Program-made: the position numbers and the translations under genes | Source: an uncultured Gemmatimonadales bacterium | GTDB taxonomy: Bacteria; Gemmatimonadota; Gemmatimonadetes; Longimicrobiales; RSA9 | NCBI GenBank assembly: GCA_963798085.1 | Contig: CAWCRS010000004.1 | Coordinates: 32,001 to 96,000 of the forward strand | Direction of reading: 5' to 3' | Length of the DNA: 64,000 nt | The notes under the pieces: generated by a model | Seen by the model: only the letters and a program-made list of their open reading frames with translations | What the model was told of the DNA's origin: nothing | Databases searched by the model: none | Part shown: positions 58,950 through 64,000 of the stretch, piece by piece | Layout of the letters: every line of letters starts with the position of its first letter | How positions within the stretch are numbered: position 1 is the first letter of the stretch

Positions 58950-60085
58950 GCACACAGCCCTCGGAGTCGCTGCTGCCGGCGGAGGGTGCCGCAGACGAGG
59001 CCGATCCAACGCCTCGCCTGGTGCTGCCGGGCCAGTCGCCGGACGGGCTGTATGTGCTGAGCGTACTGGCCAAGCGCACGTACGACATCACGCCGGATGG
59101 CTTCTGTGTGCGCGCAGCCCGCGATCGCAAGATCCTGCCCGCGGACGTGCACTATGGCGATCCCATGAACTCCACCGTGCAGTTCGAGAGCGATTTCATT
59201 CCCTTCAAGCTGGCCACCGACGTGGTGCTCAACGGCGTGGCATACGCGCCCGGTGGCGCGCCCGTGCTCGAACTGCCCGTGTCGATACAGGTCGACAGGA
59301 CGCGCAGGGATCTGATCGCGATCGGTGACCGTGAGTGCCGCTTCCAGGGTGAGAAGGCGACGCCGCTCTTCACGGATCCGGCGCCCTTCGTGACGATGGA
59401 ACTGCGCTACGAACGGGCGTACGGCGGCGTCGACATCTACTCGGACCCCAAGGTCCCGGTGCATTACCTGCGCAACCCGCTGGGTCGCGGATTTGCCGTG
59501 ACCCTGAATCGGCGCGCGATCGACCGGCTGCCGCTGCCCAACATCGAAGATCCCGCCGACCGGCTCACGCCCGAGCGCATGACGTGCGGCCACTTCATGT
59601 ACTGGGAACAGCAGCCCATGCCGGCGGGCTTCGGCTGGATTCACCGCACCTGGCAGCCACGCGCGGCACTGGCCGGCGTGCTGCCCGCGGATCGCGCGTT
59701 CGAGCAGGAGATGCGCGCCATCTATCGCACACTGGTGCCGCGTGAACAGCTGGAGATGTACGACCAGACCGGGCTGCCCGACATGGATTTCCGCTTCTTC
59801 AACGGCGCCTCGCCCGGGCTCGTGTTTCCGTATATGCGCGGCGATGAGTACATCCAGACGCTGCATCTCACGCCGGAGGGGTTGAGCGCGTTCGCGCTAC
59901 CCGGCAATGTGCTGCGCGCGGGCCTCGACATTGGTCACGGCGTCAGCGAAGCCGATGCGCTGTTGCACACCGTGATGATCCGCATGGAAGAACGGCAGGT
60001 CGATCTCACGTGGAGCGCGCCCTTTCCCTACAATGGCCCGGACAGCCTGAACGATCTCACGCGACTCAATGTGTTCCTGCAATGA
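58946..60085 (+). CDS. DUF2169 T6SS adaptor/chaperone, ~379 aa
   Basis: 'AKRTY', 'ESDFIPFKLATDVV', 'YERAYGG.D', 'NPLGRGF', 'PAGFG', 'RFFNGA'; GTGA overlap. Confidence 0.88.
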   Translation: MSTQPSESLLPAEGAADEADPTPRLVLPGQSPDGLYVLSVLAKRTYDITPDGFCVRAARDRKILPADVHYGDPMNSTVQFESDFIPFKLATDVVLNGVAYAPGGAPVLELPVSIQVDRTRRDLIAIGDRECRFQGEKATPLFTDPAPFVTMELRYERAYGGVDIYSDPKVPVHYLRNPLGRGFAVTLNRRAIDRLPLPNIEDPADRLTPERMTCGHFMYWEQQPMPAGFGWIHRTWQPRAALAGVLPADRAFEQEMRAIYRTLVPREQLEMYDQTGLPDMDFRFFNGASPGLVFPYMRGDEYIQTLHLTPEGLSAFALPGNVLRAGLDIGHGVSEADALLHTVMIRMEERQVDLTWSAPFPYNGPDSLNDLTRLNVFLQ

Positions 60086-60142
60086 CCCTGCGCGCATTGC
60101 AGTACGGCAACCGCGTACTCCCGACTGCGGCGCGAGGTAACA

Positions 60143-60925
60143 ATGCCTAACTGGCCGGCCTGCAAGCTGCTGGACATGGTGGTGGGTGTGGATGTGCACG
60201 CGGTGACGCCCATTCCCGGTATTCCCGTGCACCCGTATTTCGGCGTGATCTTCCTGTGGCACACGCCGAAATTTCCCATGGCCAACGTCTTCATCAACGG
60301 CATGCCGGCGTGTGCCACGGGATCGATGGGCTACTCGGCGCACATTCCGCAGGGCGTACCGGTGCAGCCACCCAATACGCCCACCTACTGGAAGCGCTAC
60401 ATCACCAACATCCCAATGGCGATCAGCCTGCTGTTCCTGACGATCTTCGCGAACATCGCCATTGCCGCGATCGCCGCGCTGCTGCCGCTGCCGCCGGAAG
60501 CGGAAGCGTTCATGAAGGACGTGACCGGCATCGATACCTCGGATACGATGGCGGCGCTGAACAGCATTTCCGCGAGTTTCGCGTCGCTGACCAAGTGGCA
60601 GACGTGGGTGAAGCTGTTGCTGCCGCCGATTCCCTATCCGGGCAGTCAGGGCTCGGCCGCGATCGGCAGCCCGAATGTCACCGTGAACGGCGGGCCGCTC
60701 GCCTTCTGTGCCCCGCTGATGGCCACCTCGTGCAGCGATATTCCCATTGTGCCCAATGCGGCGACGATCGGCTTTTCCAATGTGCTCGTGGGCGTGTCAC
60801 TGTCCGCCATGATCCGCGGCATTGCCGTGCACAGCGCGCAGGCGGCCGTGCATGTGGGCCTGCAGAAGGGTGTGAAGAAGCTGACTGAGCAGAAGGACCG
60901 CGGCGGCACCGAGCAGACGCACTGA
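60143..60925 (+). CDS. PAAR-like spike-tip protein with internal transmembrane segment, 260 aa
   Basis: GAGG RBS; 'GVDVH', 'NVFINGMPA', 'GSPNVTVNGGP', 'SNVLVG'; hydrophobic MAISLLFLTIFANIAIAAIAALLPL. Confidence 0.75.
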   Translation: MPNWPACKLLDMVVGVDVHAVTPIPGIPVHPYFGVIFLWHTPKFPMANVFINGMPACATGSMGYSAHIPQGVPVQPPNTPTYWKRYITNIPMAISLLFLTIFANIAIAAIAALLPLPPEAEAFMKDVTGIDTSDTMAALNSISASFASLTKWQTWVKLLLPPIPYPGSQGSAAIGSPNVTVNGGPLAFCAPLMATSCSDIPIVPNAATIGFSNVLVGVSLSAMIRGIAVHSAQAAVHVGLQKGVKKLTEQKDRGGTEQTH

Positions 60926-60935
60926 GGATCAACGA

Positions 60936-63900
60936 TTGAGTGAGCGCAGACTGAATCGCGAGCCGAGCGGCATCACGGTCGGACATCCGGTCAATGTGCA
61001 CTCGGGGGTCGTGTACACGGCGTGGCACGATTTCGAGCTGGCCGGTTCGACGCCCATTGTCTGGCGCCGCTTCTACAGCACAGCCAACGAAGAAACGGGT
61101 GCACTGGGTCGAGGCTGGAGCAATCCATACTTCGGCGTGATCCGGATGCGCGACCAGTTCGCGGTGCTTACCGGCAATGAGGCGCACGAGCACGCCTTCC
61201 CCCTGCCCGGCCCGGAATCGCCCAGCGGACTGCCCGGCCATTCATGGCAACTCCATCGCACGGCCGACTATGAGTTCGTGCTGCTCGATTCCGAATTGAG
61301 GCAGTGGAAGTCCTATGTGTGGAGCCCGGCCAGCAACAGCTTCCGACTTACGCACATCTTCGACTTTGCGGGCAATGCAGTGACGCTGGTTCGCGATGAG
61401 CAGGAGCGGCTGCTCTCCATCGAGCAGCCGGCATGCGCGCGCGCCGTGGCGCTGCACTACAACGCGCAGGGACTGATTGCCTCGGTCGATCTGGTAGCGG
61501 ATGGGCGCGAGCTGCGTCTGGTCACGTACGAATACGACGCGCGCGCCAACCTCACGGCCGCGTTCGATGCGGCCGGTGCAGCGATCCGGTACGCCTGGGA
61601 TGAGCGCGACCGCCTGATCCGCGAGACCAACCACACGGGCGGGTCCTTCTATTTCCAGTATGATGCGGAGGATCGCTGCATCCGGACGGTCGGCAATGGC
61701 GGGTACATGGATCGCCTGCTCGAGTACAATGTCGCAAAGCGCGCCACGTACATCACTGATGCGACAGGCCAGCGCACCAGCTACCATTTTGCCCCCAATG
61801 GCTCGCTCGAGCGCTACGTCAATGCACTGGGCCGCGTCACCGAGTACAAGGCAGCGCCCGGCATGGCGCAGACCATCCTCTCGAATGGCGGCCTGATTCA
61901 CCGCGAGTACGATGATCGCGGTCTGCTGACCACAATCACCGACCCGCTTGGCAAGAGCACGCTTTACGAGTACGACAGCCTGGGCCAGCAGACGGCGAAG
62001 GTGGATCCGGCGGGCAATCGCTGGACGCGCATGTACGACGAGCGCGGATTCCTGATCGGCACGCTGGACCCCGTGGGCAGCGAGTGGCGCTTCGAGCGCG
62101 GTCCCGGCGGTGAAGTGGTGCGCGAGGTCGATCCGCAGGGACGCGTGACCGAGCGTCGTTATGGCGCCGGCATGCGCTGGCAGGAATTCGATAACGGCCT
62201 GTTGCGCACGCGCTGGGAATACGACGCGCGCGGCCTGCTCACGCGCTGGTCGGACGCAACCGGTGTGGTCGAAGTGTTCGAGCGCGACCCGGTCGGGCGC
62301 ATCACCGCCATTGTGGGCGCGGACGGAAGCGTCGTCAGGTACATCTACGATGATGCGGGCCGGCTCATCGGCTCACAGCAGCCGAACGGCGCGACCTGGT
62401 CCTTCGTGCTGGATGCGTTCGGCAGTCTGCTGGAGACGATCCAGCCCGACGGTGCCAGCGTTCGCGTTCGCTACGACAACGAAGGTCGGCGCCTGTCGGT
62501 AATCAACGAGCGTGGTGACGAGCTGCAGAACGCGTACGCTCCCGATGGCAGCCTGGTGGCGCGCCGCTTTTTCGACGGCCGTGTCGAAAACTACGAGTAC
62601 AATGGGGTCGGCCATCTGGTGGCCTTCGTGCGCTCCGATGGCACCGTGCTGCGTCGCGAATTCGACCGCGGCCGCAACATGACGCTCGAATACGTGGAAC
62701 CGTCTGCTGACAGCGGACCGAACCTCGAAGTGCCCGCGTATCGCGCCCAATTCTCGTACAACTGGCGCGGTCGTGTCGTCAAGGCATCCACCCCGGCCGG
62801 GGAGATCGAATTCGTTTACGACGCATCGGGTCAACTGATCGCCGAACGCCAGAACGACCTGGACATTGCCTACAGCTACGATGCCAGTGGCCGGCTGATC
62901 ATGCGCAAGGTCAGCAGCGGCATCGCTGGCGGCCTGCGCTTCACCTACGATCCGGCGGGTCGCTCGGCCACGATCGAGGATGCGCAGGGAATCGTCCAGT
63001 CGCTGGCCTACGACAACGCGGGCCGCATGGTACGGCGCATCATGCGCGGCGGCTTTACCGAATCGCTGGACTGGACGGCGAGGGAACGGATTACCCGACA
63101 GAGCGTCATGTGGGGGGGCAGTGAGATCATTGCCAGGAGATACGACTACAGTCCCGCCGATCAGCTTACCCGCATGGATGACCAGCAGCGTGGCCGCTTC
63201 CGCTGGCGCTACGACGAGCGCCTGCGTCTGGTCGAAGCCGCGCGCAATGGCGTGCCCAGCAGTTACTTCGTCTGGGATGAGACCGGCGACCTCATCGCCG
63301 ATCATCTGCACACACTCACGTACGATCCCGGCAGCCGCCTGCGGCGCCGCGCCAACACGCACTACACGCATGACGCGAATGGCAACGTCGCCTCGAAACT
63401 CACGGAGGATGGCGGCCTGACACGCTATTACTACGACGGCAAAGGCCGGCTGGCGCGCGTCGTTCTCAGTGATGGCCGCGTCTGGGAGTACGGCTACAAT
63501 GCCGTGGGCCGCCGGCTGTACAAGCGCGGGCCGGAAGGCGAAACGCGTTTCGTATGGAGCAACCGCACGCTGGCGGCCGTCATCGAGCCGAATGGCAATT
63601 GCGTGGAACTGCTCATCGGCAGTTCCGGCCACCAGCCAGCCGCACAGTGGCACAACGGGCAGGTGCAGCACTTCGTGTGCGATGCCATTGGCAGGCCGCT
63701 CGAGATCCTGGACGCGGATGCGGGCATCATCTGGTCCGGCGACCACTCGCCCTGGGGCAAGCTGCTGCGCGAAGCGGGTGCGGCGCGCGCCGGCTCAGAC
63801 CTGCGCTTCCCCGGCCAGTTCGAGGACCGCGAGACCGGTCTCTTCTACAACTACCAGCGCTACTACGACCCGGAACAGACGCGTTACCTGACGCCGGACC

Positions 63901-64000
63901 CGATCGGCCTGCAGGGCGGACTCAAGCTGTACGACTATCCGCGCGACCCGCTCAACTGGATCGATCCGATCGGCCTCAAGTGCAAGAACCCGAAGCTCAT
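60936..64000 (+). CDS. rhs: Rhs/YD-repeat polymorphic toxin (partial; toxin domain beyond window end)
   Basis: Absent from the ORF track because it has no stop in the window. TTG 60936 follows GAGGA; 'GHPVNV.SG' (DUF6531-like); 'LGRGW'; many Y.YD..G repeats; core 'LRFPGQ..D.ETGL.YN..RYYDP...RY.T.DPIGL.GG...Y.Y..DP..WIDPIGL' ends at ~63977. Confidence 0.93.
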   Translation, partial: MSERRLNREPSGITVGHPVNVHSGVVYTAWHDFELAGSTPIVWRRFYSTANEETGALGRGWSNPYFGVIRMRDQFAVLTGNEAHEHAFPLPGPESPSGLPGHSWQLHRTADYEFVLLDSELRQWKSYVWSPASNSFRLTHIFDFAGNAVTLVRDEQERLLSIEQPACARAVALHYNAQGLIASVDLVADGRELRLVTYEYDARANLTAAFDAAGAAIRYAWDERDRLIRETNHTGGSFYFQYDAEDRCIRTVGNGGYMDRLLEYNVAKRATYITDATGQRTSYHFAPNGSLERYVNALGRVTEYKAAPGMAQTILSNGGLIHREYDDRGLLTTITDPLGKSTLYEYDSLGQQTAKVDPAGNRWTRMYDERGFLIGTLDPVGSEWRFERGPGGEVVREVDPQGRVTERRYGAGMRWQEFDNGLLRTRWEYDARGLLTRWSDATGVVEVFERDPVGRITAIVGADGSVVRYIYDDAGRLIGSQQPNGATWSFVLDAFGSLLETIQPDGASVRVRYDNEGRRLSVINERGDELQNAYAPDGSLVARRFFDGRVENYEYNGVGHLVAFVRSDGTVLRREFDRGRNMTLEYVEPSADSGPNLEVPAYRAQFSYNWRGRVVKASTPAGEIEFVYDASGQLIAERQNDLDIAYSYDASGRLIMRKVSSGIAGGLRFTYDPAGRSATIEDAQGIVQSLAYDNAGRMVRRIMRGGFTESLDWTARERITRQSVMWGGSEIIARRYDYSPADQLTRMDDQQRGRFRWRYDERLRLVEAARNGVPSSYFVWDETGDLIADHLHTLTYDPGSRLRRRANTHYTHDANGNVASKLTEDGGLTRYYYDGKGRLARVVLSDGRVWEYGYNAVGRRLYKRGPEGETRFVWSNRTLAAVIEPNGNCVELLIGSSGHQPAAQWHNGQVQHFVCDAIGRPLEILDADAGIIWSGDHSPWGKLLREAGAARAGSDLRFPGQFEDRETGLFYNYQRYYDPEQTRYLTPDPIGLQGGLKLYDYPRDPLNWIDPIGLKCKNPKL

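Noticed and set aside
1..64000. tRNA, rRNA, integrase or transposase genes
   Set aside because: None recognisable; nearly all of the sequence is accounted for by protein-coding genes.

Overview
High-GC bacterial DNA. The gene families (RCC1/Ig lipoprotein, TPR-CsgG/FlgO lipoproteins, Hanks kinase) suggest Gemmatimonadota or a similar lineage, but that is inference only. Almost the whole window is one type VI secretion system (T6SS) super-locus in four parts. (1) 2.2-17.6 kb, minus strand: a tightly coupled redox operon encoding a TPR/CsgG-like lipoprotein, two predicted outer-membrane beta-barrels, 5-, 8- and 10-heme c-type cytochromes, a 2x cNMP-binding + 4x[4Fe-4S] protein, a di-heme cytochrome-b-like membrane protein, a double-FHA protein and an FAD/NAD(P)H oxidoreductase-2xFHA-[2Fe-2S] fusion. 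(2) 17.9-31.7 kb: tssK x2, tssL, tssM, a small lipoprotein, a Ser/Thr kinase, a PP2C phosphatase, an FHA-trypsin protease, and a divergently transcribed Pro-rich membrane protein with seven P(G/S)(E/D)FTxx(F/V) repeats. (3) 32.4-43.6 kb: core tssB-C-hcp-tagJ-tssA-E-F-G-clpV. (4) 43.7-64 kb: three VgrG spike/effector modules (PAAR + JAB-like toxin + immunity; two DUF2169 pairs; PAAR-like proteins; an Rhs protein running off the end). No tssJ is recognisable. Five genes carry apparent +1 single-base insertions, probably sequencing errors. The most interesting candidate new system is a phosphothreonine (FHA)- and cyclic-nucleotide-gated trans-envelope electron conduit sitting beside the kinase/phosphatase and membrane-complex genes of a T6SS.
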